Source: a virus. Taken from it: a stretch of 64,000 nucleotides of DNA. Every line of letters begins with the position of its first letter. Within the stretch, counting starts at the first letter, position 1. Shown here piece after piece: positions 30,862 to 41,379 of this stretch. The DNA lies in the IMG/VR virus record IMGVR_UViG_3300037258_000375, positions 32,001-96,000 of that record. One strand, given 5' to 3'. The notes beneath the pieces are model-generated. The model was not told where the DNA came from, did no database searches, and saw only the letters and a list, made by a program, of their open reading frames with translations. The position numbers and the translations under genes were made by a program.

Positions 30862-31116
30862 CTAACCCCCGATCATGCGCGCATGAAGAATTATGCGTTC
30901 GGCGGTCGGATCGAACGCATTGAGAACCTCACCCTGGTCGCCTTTTTTGCTGACCGAGTAAGCGAGGTAGCCTTTGGCTTTTAGCTCATTGAAACGCGCT
31001 TCCGCCTTGGAAACTTCGGCTGGGTTGTTGCGATCCCATTGCATCCGGGTATCGCCTGTGTCATCGAGTATGTTGAGTTCTCCCCCGTGGGCGCGGTCAA
31101 TGATTTCTAGTTCCAT
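30862..31116 (-). CDS. small protein ending in di-Gly
   Basis: ILD.TGD..WD..N, L..KGY, FDP, C-terminal RMIGG; own promoter at 31165-31193. Confidence 0.75.
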   Translation of the reverse strand: MELEIIDRAHGGELNILDDTGDTRMQWDRNNPAEVSKAEARFNELKAKGYLAYSVSKKGDQGEVLNAFDPTAERIILHARMIGG

Positions 31117-31219
31117 TGTCTGTCTTCTCCCGAAGATTGAACGATTTACCTATAGCTTCCCAATAGTCTGCGCTATCCGGGATGGGCTGTCAAGAAAAAT
31201 TGCGCCCATGATGCGGATG

Positions 31220-31690
31220 CTAGATCGCCGTCGAAATATCCTCTGGCGGTGCGATTCTACGGCTCCCTTGCAAACTATTACAAAAAGGGCAGATGGCATA
31301 ATTATGTGGCTTTCCGTCCACAACGATGCGGTCGTCTCTGCTGCCCCCGCCCATGCCACGCGATGACTCGTGCCCGAAGACCACTTCATCGAACGGCCAT
31401 TGGCCTTGACGCTTCTTGCATTCGTCTGAAATCTGGAGAGCACAGCGCTTGCCCTGCTGATCCCACCGCGTCCGCTTGCGGCTGATATATTCGTCCATGC
31501 CCTTCTTGCTGTCGAGCTTGCAGACCTCGCGGCCATCGGGATAGCGAAAGACGCCGTCTTCGCATAGGAACTTTGGCACGTGCTTCACTTGAGATGGTCT
31601 CCCGAATGCCTGTGCTTCTCTTTTCACGCCGCGAGGCTCGGGGCGTTTAGGACGCAGCGGAGTCTTTCGGCGGAGTGGCGTTCGTTTCAT
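31220..31690 (-). CDS. HNH-like/Zn-binding hypothetical protein
   Basis: MKRTPLRRKTPL, H..SRGMGG, CPFCN. Confidence 0.55.
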   Translation of the reverse strand: MKRTPLRRKTPLRPKRPEPRGVKREAQAFGRPSQVKHVPKFLCEDGVFRYPDGREVCKLDSKKGMDEYISRKRTRWDQQGKRCALQISDECKKRQGQWPFDEVVFGHESSRGMGGGSRDDRIVVDGKPHNYAICPFCNSLQGSRRIAPPEDISTAI

Positions 31691-31976
31691 TAGTCTGCGA
31701 GTGTTGCAAGAACTTCATCGGGAATACTTGAATGACTGAAGCCCACACGTTCGAGCACTATGTCTTCCCGCCCGTCGTCCGGCTTGGGAGTCCACATCGC
31801 CCTCATCCCCTGCCACCATAGTCTATCGCCAACCTTCATTTCTTTGGTGTCTCTGATCCGGATTGCACATGTCTGATCTGCATACGTCGTATCCAAACAT
31901 TGGACCCCAGGTACTCTCCGTAAGCTTCACGATGTTAATGACTACGCCGCCGACCATTATGTGACCTTTCCTCTTG

Positions 31977-32708
31977 TTAAGTGCCGACCTTCGGCCCATC
32001 CGTTCCGTTCATCTCATACCATACAAATTCGCCGTCTTCCCCGATAGGGAAGTGGTCACGGCATGTAGAGCAGAAAGTTCCCTGGTAAAAATATGGATCG
32101 CGCGCGTACGTTTCCGCAATTGCGCGACTCATGATCGTGATCCTCCCGCAACCCATACCTCGCTTGTTCAATTGCTCCTGTGTCCAGAAACGACCGACGG
32201 TATTACTGCCCTTGTATGACTCCGGGTAGGACTCAAACTTCACATACCCATAGTCGCTATAGCGTTGCCGCTCCTCTTCCGTCAGATCACGCACGGAGAA
32301 CTGAGGCCCAGGTGGTCCGATGTGCTTGTAAGCATCGCGGTACGGTCTCACAAAGCCCTTGGCGCGTTCCTCAACGGTCAGGACTACATATCCCTTCTGC
32401 TGCCCATCGTCGCGCAGTTGAGTGTGGCTCCGGTCTTCAGGAACCGGAGCGCCACTGGCAAGAACCTGAGCGCTGCGATCCACTGGAGGTACATTCTTCA
32501 ATCTCTCAGCTTCTCGCTTGGCCGCTAATTCCTCGTAAGCTTCGTGCGCTTTTCCCGATAATAAGCGGGCAAAATTGTGCGCCTGCTCAACGGAGAAGAC
32601 GATGTGCCCGACGCCGTTCTCGTCTGGTTTTAAATCTGAATGGACAACGACAACCTCGCCTTCCCCGTTCGTGCCAATCTCCAACGTTCCCGCTACCTTA
32701 TCTGTCAT
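31977..32708 (-). CDS. hypothetical Zn-binding phage protein
   Basis: YVVL..EERAKGFVRP, CG..T.M..IAETYARDP, FC..C..HF. Confidence 0.7.
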   Translation of the reverse strand: MTDKVAGTLEIGTNGEGEVVVVHSDLKPDENGVGHIVFSVEQAHNFARLLSGKAHEAYEELAAKREAERLKNVPPVDRSAQVLASGAPVPEDRSHTQLRDDGQQKGYVVLTVEERAKGFVRPYRDAYKHIGPPGPQFSVRDLTEEERQRYSDYGYVKFESYPESYKGSNTVGRFWTQEQLNKRGMGCGRITIMSRAIAETYARDPYFYQGTFCSTCRDHFPIGEDGEFVWYEMNGTDGPKVGT

Positions 32709-33136
32709 GCCGATAGCCCTCCCTCTTTGCGTAACAACGCCATGCTTTCAGCCTCACTCAAAAGGCGCAACTCTATGCCTTTCGTATCGTCGAAGCGTAC
32801 CGTGATGTTCTTCCCCTCAAGGCCCATAATCTCTTCCGGCGAAATGATGACATGATTTGTTCCCATCTTCGCCATGAGAAGAGCCGCGATCTTGTGCCAG
32901 TGGTCATGGGCTGCCTTGGTGGCAGGATGATTTGGGTTAGCTTCCATCGATTCCTCCGCGCATCGCCAAAGTACGGCAGGCTTCATTGATTCCCTGCGAG
33001 ATGATGTGATAGTACGTCTTTTCGATATAGCGCAGCATCAAATTCAGTTTCTCAATGCCATGGCAAGGAGCGTATGCCCTGCGCACGTATTCCTCAGCGG
33101 CGTGCGCAAGCTGGTCGTCGCTGAGAAACACATGGC

Positions 33137-33997
33137 TCACGCGCTTCTCTCTTCTTCCGTCTCACCACAGCAAAGATCGATCTGCTTCTGAATTCCTATC
33201 ACGTAATTCGCAACGTAGAGCTTCAGTTGGGCGAGGTCATCGGATGTCTTGATCTGCTCGACTAGATCAGAACGTGATTGCAGTAGGAAGCCGACCAAGG
33301 TCGGGCGTGAGTGGATTTCGGCGAGCATGGTCTCCAGCGCAAACACGTCGTCCTCGATTCCGTGCTCTTCTTTCCATGAGGCGAGAGCGAGTTCGATCAC
33401 CTTCCTCTGCTCGACGCGCATGAGCCACTTCACCTGGACCCAGTGTTCGCGCTTCGGCCTGCCGTCCCGATGCGCACCACGGGTTGTCATCTCATCGTCG
33501 AATTTTTCCGCTGTCATCTCCGCTGCGAGTTGAAGCACGGTGGGATCGAGACGAATCTCTGGCGGCTCGATGCTGAGGCGCTCCGCGTTCTCCATGCTCA
33601 TTGCGACGTACACTTCGCGGTCGATTGTGAGGAACTTCGAAGCCACACCGACAACCCGGTACCAGTTCGATCTACCGATCCCCTCCGCAATCCGGAAGTC
33701 GTGCTGGTTGTGAAAACCAAGGAACGTCCACGATCCACGCTCGGCAAGACTGTCGATCACCGCACCGTCATAGCCGATGGCCATAGCCGCCTTGCGAAGG
33801 GTCACTTTGTTGTTGCGGATGCGGCCCGCGCATCCCAATACAACCGCTTGCAGGCTCTCATCCAGGGCGTGCGCCGGTACCATTTCGATGATGTTGCTCA
33901 TAATTCCTCCTCTGTCTTCTCCCGGAGGGTTAAATGTACTTGTCTTTGATGTCGCGCAGATAGAACAATTGTTTGACCGAGACGGAAGTCGCATCAT
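33137..33997 (-). CDS. hypothetical protein (probable start MSNIIE near 33901)
   Basis: GAGGAGG RBS. Confidence 0.55.
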   Translation of the reverse strand: MMRLPSRSNNCSICATSKTSTFNPPGEDRGGIMSNIIEMVPAHALDESLQAVVLGCAGRIRNNKVTLRKAAMAIGYDGAVIDSLAERGSWTFLGFHNQHDFRIAEGIGRSNWYRVVGVASKFLTIDREVYVAMSMENAERLSIEPPEIRLDPTVLQLAAEMTAEKFDDEMTTRGAHRDGRPKREHWVQVKWLMRVEQRKVIELALASWKEEHGIEDDVFALETMLAEIHSRPTLVGFLLQSRSDLVEQIKTSDDLAQLKLYVANYVIGIQKQIDLCCGETEEERSA

Positions 33998-34132
33998 TCA
34001 TGCGCGTGATGAAGTTGAATTCGCTGGGTGTGAAAGTACCTAACGTTTCTTCATTCAGAATCTTCAGAATGCGCCCCGCTTCCGCAATCCGCTCGTCATC
34101 GGTCAATGTGCATTCAGATAGATCGTGATAGC

Positions 34133-34633
34133 TCATGGAAGCTCCGTTCCTTTCGGAAAAAATAGCTGTGGTGCATCCGTGTACGCTTCGCGGACCGGAT
34201 GCACCGGATTCCCTGCTTTTGAACGACGGATGCAGTAGAGATCGCGATAGTTCAACATGTTCACCACGTCTCTATCCCGCGAAGTCATCCACTGCGAAAA
34301 CGCATCCACATTATCACCCCACGCACACACAACGCTATGGGCCATCTTGGCTTCACGGTCGAGATGGGCTGTATTGTCTTCACCAATCGCAAGGCGGAAT
34401 CCGCCTTCACGCATAAGAAGCGTCTTCAGGTCTTTGGGATTGGTCGCGCGATAGGCGAAAAGATTGGTCACGACCAAACCGCAATAGCCCCACCGTTTCG
34501 CAAACCCCACACAGCGGCGGATTGTAGGATCGTCCGTCACATCGTCGGCAGTTGACGGATTGAGCATGATGAAGTTCACAACCCCGCCGTTGCCCATCCA
34601 GCTACGACGCAGTGTGTACCGGTGCTCGTTCAC
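34133..34633 (-). CDS. DUF1643 domain protein
   Basis: RY.L.R.W, MLNPSTAD..DDPTIRRC, NLFA.RAT.P, AWG, P.HP. Confidence 0.9.
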   Translation of the reverse strand: MNEHRYTLRRSWMGNGGVVNFIMLNPSTADDVTDDPTIRRCVGFAKRWGYCGLVVTNLFAYRATNPKDLKTLLMREGGFRLAIGEDNTAHLDREAKMAHSVVCAWGDNVDAFSQWMTSRDRDVVNMLNYRDLYCIRRSKAGNPVHPVREAYTDAPQLFFPKGTELP

Positions 34634-35060
34634 TTTTTTGACTCCTGGCCGCGCCGAAATGCTTCGCGAAGCCGTTCATTGAGCACCTCCGGCTTGAAAA
34701 AGCCGCTCTCGATATCAGGAAGGATCAAGTCTTTGATCTCCTCCGACACTTCCGGTTTCGGCGCGTCGTATCGCTCGTAGAGTCGATTTCCGCAGAAGAT
34801 CAGGATATCGACGAAACTTATGTCGCTTAATTCGCTCCATTGCGCCGTAAATTTATTCCACTCTTTGAGTGAGCGGGTATACCACGGTTCAGGCATCCGC
34901 TCCGCGTTTGGCGCGGTGCTCCAATTCTCTTTCTGCCAGCGCAAAGCATCGTAAAGAGCGCTTTCCGCAATCATCTTGTCGTGAAAATTATCCCTCACTT
35001 CAGACAAGACCGCTCTCAACATTCCTTGGGGAACATAGACGTTTGGTTTTTTTGATTCAC

Positions 35061-36530
35061 TCATGCCACATCCTCCTCGTCGTCATTGCTCTGATAGGAA
35101 AGGTGCCCCTGGTAGTCTGGCGTCGGCTTCGCCCCGGAGCACCATAGCGCAGTTTTTGGGTCCTTCCAAAGAGCCACATTGCAGGGCACACCGAAACGCT
35201 GTTTGGGAATGATCCCCGCGCCTTCATCGGTGAAATGACCTTGCTCCTCGTCGTACTTCAAATGCAGCAGGAGAACAGTCGCGGCGTCGTTCTCGATCTG
35301 GCCACTCTCGCGAAGCCGGTCCATCGTCGGCAAGGTGCTCATACCACCAGACCGGCTCAACTGCGACAGGATGACATTGCGGCACTTCGTGCCCTTGACG
35401 AGATCGGCGTTGCTTGTGCTCACACGTCCGATCTTCAGACGTGTGTCATCGTTCTTGTCCGCGTTCTTTACCTTCATGCGTTGGAGGTAGTCAATCGCGC
35501 TCAACTCAATTCCATGGCGGTGCATCGCTAGCCGTTGATGCGCCAGTTGCTCGTCGAGCGTCATGTTGCTGTTGTCGTAGATGAAAAGGTCCCACTCGGC
35601 CACTTGGTACTCCGCCCAGGTCAACTGATCTCGCTCGGCCTTTGTGGCCAGCCACGGCTTGATCGCTGCGGTATAGCGCACGTTGCCGACAATCGACCAC
35701 AGACGGCGCAGAAAATCATGCCGTGTTGGCTCAATCAAAAACAAAGCTGTGGGGTGACCCTTCGGACAGTTAGCGGCGACGATCTGTGCCAAGATGGTGG
35801 TCTTACCGACGCCTGAAAAACACCCGATAACAACTTGCTCGCCCTCTTGAATTCCACCTGTGGCATCGTCGATGGCAGGCACGCCGTAGCTGAATCCAGG
35901 AGATTGCGTCAATTGCGCTTGAGCGAGGAAACGGTCCATCACCTCTTGCGAAAGCTCGGCGGCAGAGACAAGGCCGCGTTGAATGCCGCCCGCGATGATC
36001 CTCTCAAGCTCGGCGGCGTGCCACGTAGCCACGGAGAGCGCCGTCTCGGATTGATCCGCAGCTTTGGCGATAGTTAAACTCGAAAGACCCATGATCTGGC
36101 GCGCGAGGCTCTTGTCTTTCACGATGCGGATGTATTCCTCAATCACCGGGCGGCGCGGCATCCCTTCTGTGAGGGATGCAAGATAAGCGACTCCTCCAAT
36201 CGCCTCAATCTCCTTGTTGACCCGAAGCTCGTTAGCGAGCGTCACAATGTCAACCGCGTGATTGGCATCCATCAGGTCTTTCATGCGAAGAAAAATACGC
36301 CGATGTGAATCCAATGAAAAGTCATCGGCTTTGAGTTTCTCGGATGCTTCGAGATATGCTTCATTGTCGAGTAAGATCGCACCGAGAATTGTTGTTTCCG
36401 CCTCAATGTTTGCGGGGAGCCCAACTTCAAGTGTGAGATCAGGTATGGAGTTGGAGTAATTCTCCCGCTTCTCTTCACGCGGCGGCTCCGGAGCTTTATC
36501 TGGAACCCGATAGTTGTTAACGTCTTCCAC
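35061..36530 (-). CDS. dnaB: replicative DNA helicase
   Basis: LP.N.EAE..ILGA.LL, GG.AYL..L, Walker A GVGKT, IDYLQ, LSQLSR, LRESGQIENDA. Confidence 0.92.
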   Translation of the reverse strand: MEDVNNYRVPDKAPEPPREEKRENYSNSIPDLTLEVGLPANIEAETTILGAILLDNEAYLEASEKLKADDFSLDSHRRIFLRMKDLMDANHAVDIVTLANELRVNKEIEAIGGVAYLASLTEGMPRRPVIEEYIRIVKDKSLARQIMGLSSLTIAKAADQSETALSVATWHAAELERIIAGGIQRGLVSAAELSQEVMDRFLAQAQLTQSPGFSYGVPAIDDATGGIQEGEQVVIGCFSGVGKTTILAQIVAANCPKGHPTALFLIEPTRHDFLRRLWSIVGNVRYTAAIKPWLATKAERDQLTWAEYQVAEWDLFIYDNSNMTLDEQLAHQRLAMHRHGIELSAIDYLQRMKVKNADKNDDTRLKIGRVSTSNADLVKGTKCRNVILSQLSRSGGMSTLPTMDRLRESGQIENDAATVLLLHLKYDEEQGHFTDEGAGIIPKQRFGVPCNVALWKDPKTALWCSGAKPTPDYQGHLSYQSNDDEEDVA

Positions 36531-36543
36531 TTCATCTCCCCCG

Positions 36544-37374
36544 TTACTTGTTTACAAATTTCATTTTTTCCAAAGGATCGGCTTTCTTTTTCTTTTTTTC
36601 TTTAGGCAAGTAACGCTGATCGGTGATCCAAAAACGGTTGATCGTCTCGCCGTCTTGCTTCGCCTGCTTCGCGGCCTGGAGAATGAAATCTGCGGCCATC
36701 TTGAGATCGCCGCCTTCTTTCGCCAGCGCGCGGAATGCTTGTGCTGTGACGTCGCGTGTCCCGAAATCGGCGGGCACCCCGAGTTCTTCGTAGAACCACG
36801 TGGCAAGTGCTATCTCTACGCCAGAGTCGGGATTGACTGGTTGAGTGGGGGGAGCGCTGCCGTTGTTCCCCTCTGCATCTGCTCTCTGCTTTCTGCCTCT
36901 GCTATGCGTAACGTTCGGGGGTACCGTTACGCCGTTACGCCGAACATCATCTTCTTTCCTTCGCTCCCGGAGCTTGCGCATCCGGTCGGCTGCGCCATGA
37001 TCGTAATCGCGGAAGCGCATGTAGTTCAACACAATGTAGCCACCATTCACGCGAGCCATACGTCGCCCGTCGTACTCCTGGCTCCGGCTCTCCGATTCCG
37101 GCTCCCCAAGCTGTCTGAGCGCCTTCAGACCCGCGTCTGGCTCGACCATGGCCCGCCGCACAATCCCCGGCCCCGAGGCCGGGACGAACCCGTACCAGCC
37201 TGGAGGAACCATAAAACCGGTCTCCTTCAAAGCATCCACTTCAAGCTGCGGAATAGGCGCATCAAACTCCTCCGGCTTCGCCATCAAGAGCGCCGTGATG
37301 AAAATATCCCGTTGGTCTTTTTGCAGCCAAAGGGTCGAGTCGAGAATTCCAGTATCCAACTTAACGAAGGCCAT
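36544..37374 (-). CDS. putative replication initiator/replisome organizer
   Basis: Directly upstream of dnaB; FVKL..IL.ST.W, VLNY..R, A.RMRK.RER. Confidence 0.6.
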   Translation of the reverse strand: MAFVKLDTGILDSTLWLQKDQRDIFITALLMAKPEEFDAPIPQLEVDALKETGFMVPPGWYGFVPASGPGIVRRAMVEPDAGLKALRQLGEPESESRSQEYDGRRMARVNGGYIVLNYMRFRDYDHGAADRMRKLRERRKEDDVRRNGVTVPPNVTHSRGRKQRADAEGNNGSAPPTQPVNPDSGVEIALATWFYEELGVPADFGTRDVTAQAFRALAKEGGDLKMAADFILQAAKQAKQDGETINRFWITDQRYLPKEKKKKKADPLEKMKFVNK

Positions 37375-37762
37375 TAACCGCCTCAAAAAAGACACACTTC
37401 TCCTGTCAGCGCAAGAGCCTTAAATTGCGTAGGAAGAATGCCGTTGATGATCCAAGCCTGAAGCTCGCGGGGCGGCTTTGGGACCGCCCCGGACCTTTTC
37501 AACGGCGAGGAATCGAGGAGCTACCCCGACACTGGCAATGATAGCGGCCTTGAAATCGAAGTCAAGCGGTTTTCCACAAAAAGTGGGTGTGGAGAATCAG
37601 GAAAACTACTACCGTTGTCTGCAAAACAAAAGCCCGATCATCGGGGGAGAGATCGGGCCTTCGTTGGGGGCGCACTCCCTCGGAGGAAAGAACGCGCAAC
37701 CCGGCGCTGCACCGCGCCATTCGACTATTGAAGAATAAACCGCGCTCTCTGTCAAGCGGAAA

Positions 37763-38884
37763 CTATGGCCGGTCGAACAACCCCTCCGGGTCCGAAGGAA
37801 TAGAACCGTCACTCTCTGCTTCTTTCGGTCCGAAGTTCTTGAGCAGAGTGTCGAGGATGAGTTGAAATTGGTCCTGCCGGATATGAGGCCGATGCTGAAT
37901 CTCGAACTCACGGTCGAGCATATCTTTCACTTTCTGATCTCCCTCAGCGCCCTTCAATCCGAGCTTCTCTTCGATTCCCTTCATCTGAAGAAACTCGTTG
38001 AACGAGATGTGAATCTTGGGATCATGTCCCTCGTAGTTATCCCAAATCTCACGCGTCTTCTTCTTCCCTCCAGGTTTATTTTTTGGATTCAGCTTACAGT
38101 CGTCAGTGTGGCCGTTCGTCTTGCGACACTCCGCGCAGATCGTGGATTCATTCTGCTGCGTGCCTTCCTTGCCGTGGCCGCGATTGGGCTCGCTCGACGT
38201 CTTCATGGTGCCGAGTTCACGCTTGGTCTTGTCCTGCTTCGGCGGCTCCGCTTGCGGAGGCAGATACTGTGGACTGTCGGCGTGCTGCATCTCCTCATCG
38301 ACATAGATGCCGCCAAGCTCTTCTGGCCAGCCCTTGCGCAAGGCGAGCGCCTCGGCGCACTTTGTCAACTGGTTGACCGGCATCTTCTCCCACATTGAAT
38401 TGGGAACTGGCTTATTGCTCTCGTCTTTACGTGTTTGCACAAACTCGCGGTAGTAAGCTGTTGCCGAAAATTCATGCCACGTGTTCGAAAGCAAGTGAAA
38501 CTTCTTCACGTGCATCGTGATGCGCATCGTCTCCGATCCAGCGCCCTCAATGATTGCCGGTTTATCGGATGGCATGTACACGCCGGTACGATTCGCGATG
38601 GAGCGATAACCGTCGATCCCCGTCTGAATCGTCATCTTCTCTTCGTAGCCGCCCTTGCCGCCATTCAAAGATGAATTCCACGACCGACGCTTCACCGCGT
38701 GAATCTGGCGCTGCAATGGGTCCAGATGTCGGACGCGCGCGACATAGCAGAAGAGTTGAAACTCTTCCGCGTTTAGGCCCGGAGCCACGGTTTTGGCGAC
38801 GAGATCGAGTGAGTCTTCCCAGGCGTTCCTCGGGATGATCGCAGCCGGTTGCTGCGGTATGACTGCAAGGTTTGATTCAGGCAT
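37763..38884 (-). CDS. bet: single-strand annealing protein, Bet/RecT family
   Basis: F...A....LDP..RQI, IQTGIDGYR.IA.R, W..MP...L.KCAEALALRK.WP....G.Y..EEM. Confidence 0.88.
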   Translation of the reverse strand: MPESNLAVIPQQPAAIIPRNAWEDSLDLVAKTVAPGLNAEEFQLFCYVARVRHLDPLQRQIHAVKRRSWNSSLNGGKGGYEEKMTIQTGIDGYRSIANRTGVYMPSDKPAIIEGAGSETMRITMHVKKFHLLSNTWHEFSATAYYREFVQTRKDESNKPVPNSMWEKMPVNQLTKCAEALALRKGWPEELGGIYVDEEMQHADSPQYLPPQAEPPKQDKTKRELGTMKTSSEPNRGHGKEGTQQNESTICAECRKTNGHTDDCKLNPKNKPGGKKKTREIWDNYEGHDPKIHISFNEFLQMKGIEEKLGLKGAEGDQKVKDMLDREFEIQHRPHIRQDQFQLILDTLLKNFGPKEAESDGSIPSDPEGLFDRP

Positions 38885-38900
38885 TATTCCCCTCCGTGTG

Positions 38901-39152
38901 TTATGCGTCCAGCGGCATATCTGGAACTTGCTTGCCGAATTGTTCCTGGTAGACACGCATGGCGCGTGCGTGGGCTCGGGCGGTTTCCACAATAGCCTCG
39001 GAAGCCCCCGACGCTTCCGCTAAAGCCGCCCAAGCTTCCACCGCTGCCGGAGCAGCGATGTCCTTACCTCGAATCAAGAACACCGGTTCATCAGCCGGGA
39101 TTATGCCTTCCGGGTCTTGGATGCGTTCGTAGTCTTTACGCGCGTGCTTCAT
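38901..39152 (-). CDS. hypothetical phage protein
   Basis: IP.DEPVFLIRGKD..A motif. Confidence 0.65.
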   Translation of the reverse strand: MKHARKDYERIQDPEGIIPADEPVFLIRGKDIAAPAAVEAWAALAEASGASEAIVETARAHARAMRVYQEQFGKQVPDMPLDA

Positions 39153-39411
39153 AACCTCTCCATTTCTCGTTCGATGATTCTCGAACCTTCAATTTCTTCG
39201 TGCGTAATCATACAGCCGAGGTCTCGGAAAATTGAGTTGCAACACCTGAATAAGATCGCCCGCGCTTCCAAATTCGACCCCGCCTCTACACGGTCCATGT
39301 CTATGTCGAACTGCTTCTTGATGTAGACACACGCATTGTGCAGCATACCCAAAGCTACCAATTGACCGGGCGAAGCCGACGCAGACAAATCATTCATAGC
39401 GATTCTCACTG

Positions 39412-40476
39412 TTACGGGACGGGCACTTGCGCTGTGATCTGCACCAGCTTCGGTTTCTTCGAGTACGGGCAGATGTCGAACCAGCCGCACCACTTCTGCG
39501 AGCATCCCCACCAACTCTGGTTCGCAGGAACAAATACCCCGGTCTTCATTGCGTGAATCAGATTGGTGAAGCGATTGAGAAACACATTCACGTCGTCCAA
39601 ATCCCGGTGAGTTGCCGTGGGGACATACTTCACGGTCGGCTTCGCCGCATTCGTGCGTATGAGGTAATCGAGAACCAGCTTGTCGGGGAGCTTACCGTCA
39701 ACAACGTAGCTGGCAGTCGCATAGGCCGTGAGTTGTTCCGACTCGTCGGCGGCTCCAGCCCTCGTGCCACCGTCCATAAACGAAGGGGTAGGAGATTTCG
39801 AGGAAGTCTTTGTGTCGCGGATCACCAGAGTCTGGCCGATGATCTCTTGAATATCTTGCTCTCCCACGAAGTCGATGCCGGTGCGCGCCACTGCGTTCAA
39901 TGCGGTCGCTTGGCCATGCAGGAGCTTCGTGCTGAATTTATCTCCGGACTCATCTCCGGCCTTGTGAAGCTCCTTGGCCCTGCCGCGCAGGAATGCATCC
40001 ATGTTGATCGAGAACTTGCGGCGTGTACGCACAGCCTGGATGTTCGGGGCAGCCTCGTCATGGTGAAGACCGGAGAGGCAGACAGCCTTGTCTTTGGCGT
40101 CGCCGAGAACGTCCTTCAGAGACTTGCCCTCGGCCTTTTCGTCAGCATCGAGTTCGATAGGCTCGTTCTTCTGCTCTTCCTCGAACTTGGTTGCTGAAAT
40201 ATCGAGCACATCTTTGCGAGCCAAAAGCTCGCCAGTCTCGATCTTGTGGTCGAGATCGCGAGTCACAGATTCATCGGTGGACTTGCCGACCAGGAGAAAA
40301 GCGTTCGGTGGGCGTTTGATGCCCAGCAGGTACCGGAAAATATAGCGCTGACCGCAATCGTTGGCCATATTGACACCGGAAACGTGAATCTGTTGACGCT
40401 GTTTGCTCTTGGAGATGAGGTCCCGCATATCAGGGACGATGGGATCGTGCGGCATTGGTGGGGCTCCATTTGGCAC
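39412..40476 (-). CDS. PD-(D/E)XK exonuclease (RecB/Cas4-like)
   Basis: S.....C...Y..RY, G..D, IRDTKT, QL..Y, W.C..KWC.WF..C. Confidence 0.75.
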   Translation of the reverse strand: MPNGAPPMPHDPIVPDMRDLISKSKQRQQIHVSGVNMANDCGQRYIFRYLLGIKRPPNAFLLVGKSTDESVTRDLDHKIETGELLARKDVLDISATKFEEEQKNEPIELDADEKAEGKSLKDVLGDAKDKAVCLSGLHHDEAAPNIQAVRTRRKFSINMDAFLRGRAKELHKAGDESGDKFSTKLLHGQATALNAVARTGIDFVGEQDIQEIIGQTLVIRDTKTSSKSPTPSFMDGGTRAGAADESEQLTAYATASYVVDGKLPDKLVLDYLIRTNAAKPTVKYVPTATHRDLDDVNVFLNRFTNLIHAMKTGVFVPANQSWWGCSQKWCGWFDICPYSKKPKLVQITAQVPVP

Positions 40477-40511
40477 TGGACTAGCAGCGACTTTCCGCCT
40501 ATCATACGCTC

Positions 40512-40724
40512 ATGAAGGCCGCAAATAAAGCAGCAAAACCAGCAGAAAAACTGACGAAGGCTGATCCGGATTTTTACCGCAAAATTGCCAAGATCGCTGG
40601 CCGTAAACTTAAACGCAAAAGAGGTAACAAGTATTTCTCGGAACTAGCCAAAAAGAGCCATCCACGAAAGGTCTACAACGGCGGTCGCCCCAAAAAGAAA
40701 TCTGCTAGTAAGACGAAGCCTTAA
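40512..40724 (+). CDS. small basic protein (KGG/stress-protein-like)
   Basis: PDFYRKIAKIAG...YFSELAKKS; leaderless TATCAT-N6-ATG. Confidence 0.55.
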   Translation: MKAANKAAKPAEKLTKADPDFYRKIAKIAGRKLKRKRGNKYFSELAKKSHPRKVYNGGRPKKKSASKTKP

Positions 40725-41379
40725 TCAATCGTCATTGCCAACTTTTGTACGGACATATCCATCGATCCAAAACTAGCTCTGCGCGCCAAAAAGTTGATAA
40801 CTGCTTTGGTCTTTTTCTCTAGGTTGCCCTCAGTCGAATCGATGACCTTCTTCAACTCTTCCTTCGCTAACCAGAATCCAGGAAGGAACCAGATTTCCCA
40901 AAATCTCCCATCTGTGCCGCGCTTAGATCGTAGACAGTGAAACCCCCACCTTGTCAATTTTTCCGCTTCACTCTTGTATCTGAGCGGGGTATAGTCATAG
41001 CCGCACAAGTGCTGGATAGATATGCTCGGCTCATGCCAATTCGGTAAAGGCTCGAAATCATCGAGCTTGAGTGCGGTTTGCGCTTCCTGATGTTTACGCC
41101 AGAACGGCTCCATGCCCTCGTCTGTTACCGGAGGTGGAGGTGTAAGTTTATTCGATTTAACCAGCCGTCCATTTTGGCTTACAGTCACCCATCCTGTTCC
41201 GTTCGAGGCGGACTCCATCATGGTGACCTCGGCTGGCGTCAAGCCAGTGAACTCCGCTTTGCCAGCCCCATAGCTAGATAGTCTGACACGCTCTTCTTTT
41301 TTGTCTTCCAGGCTCATTCTGTCTCCCCGACACGAACACTTAGCAAATAAACACACTGCAAATTTTGAGCACTTCCTTG

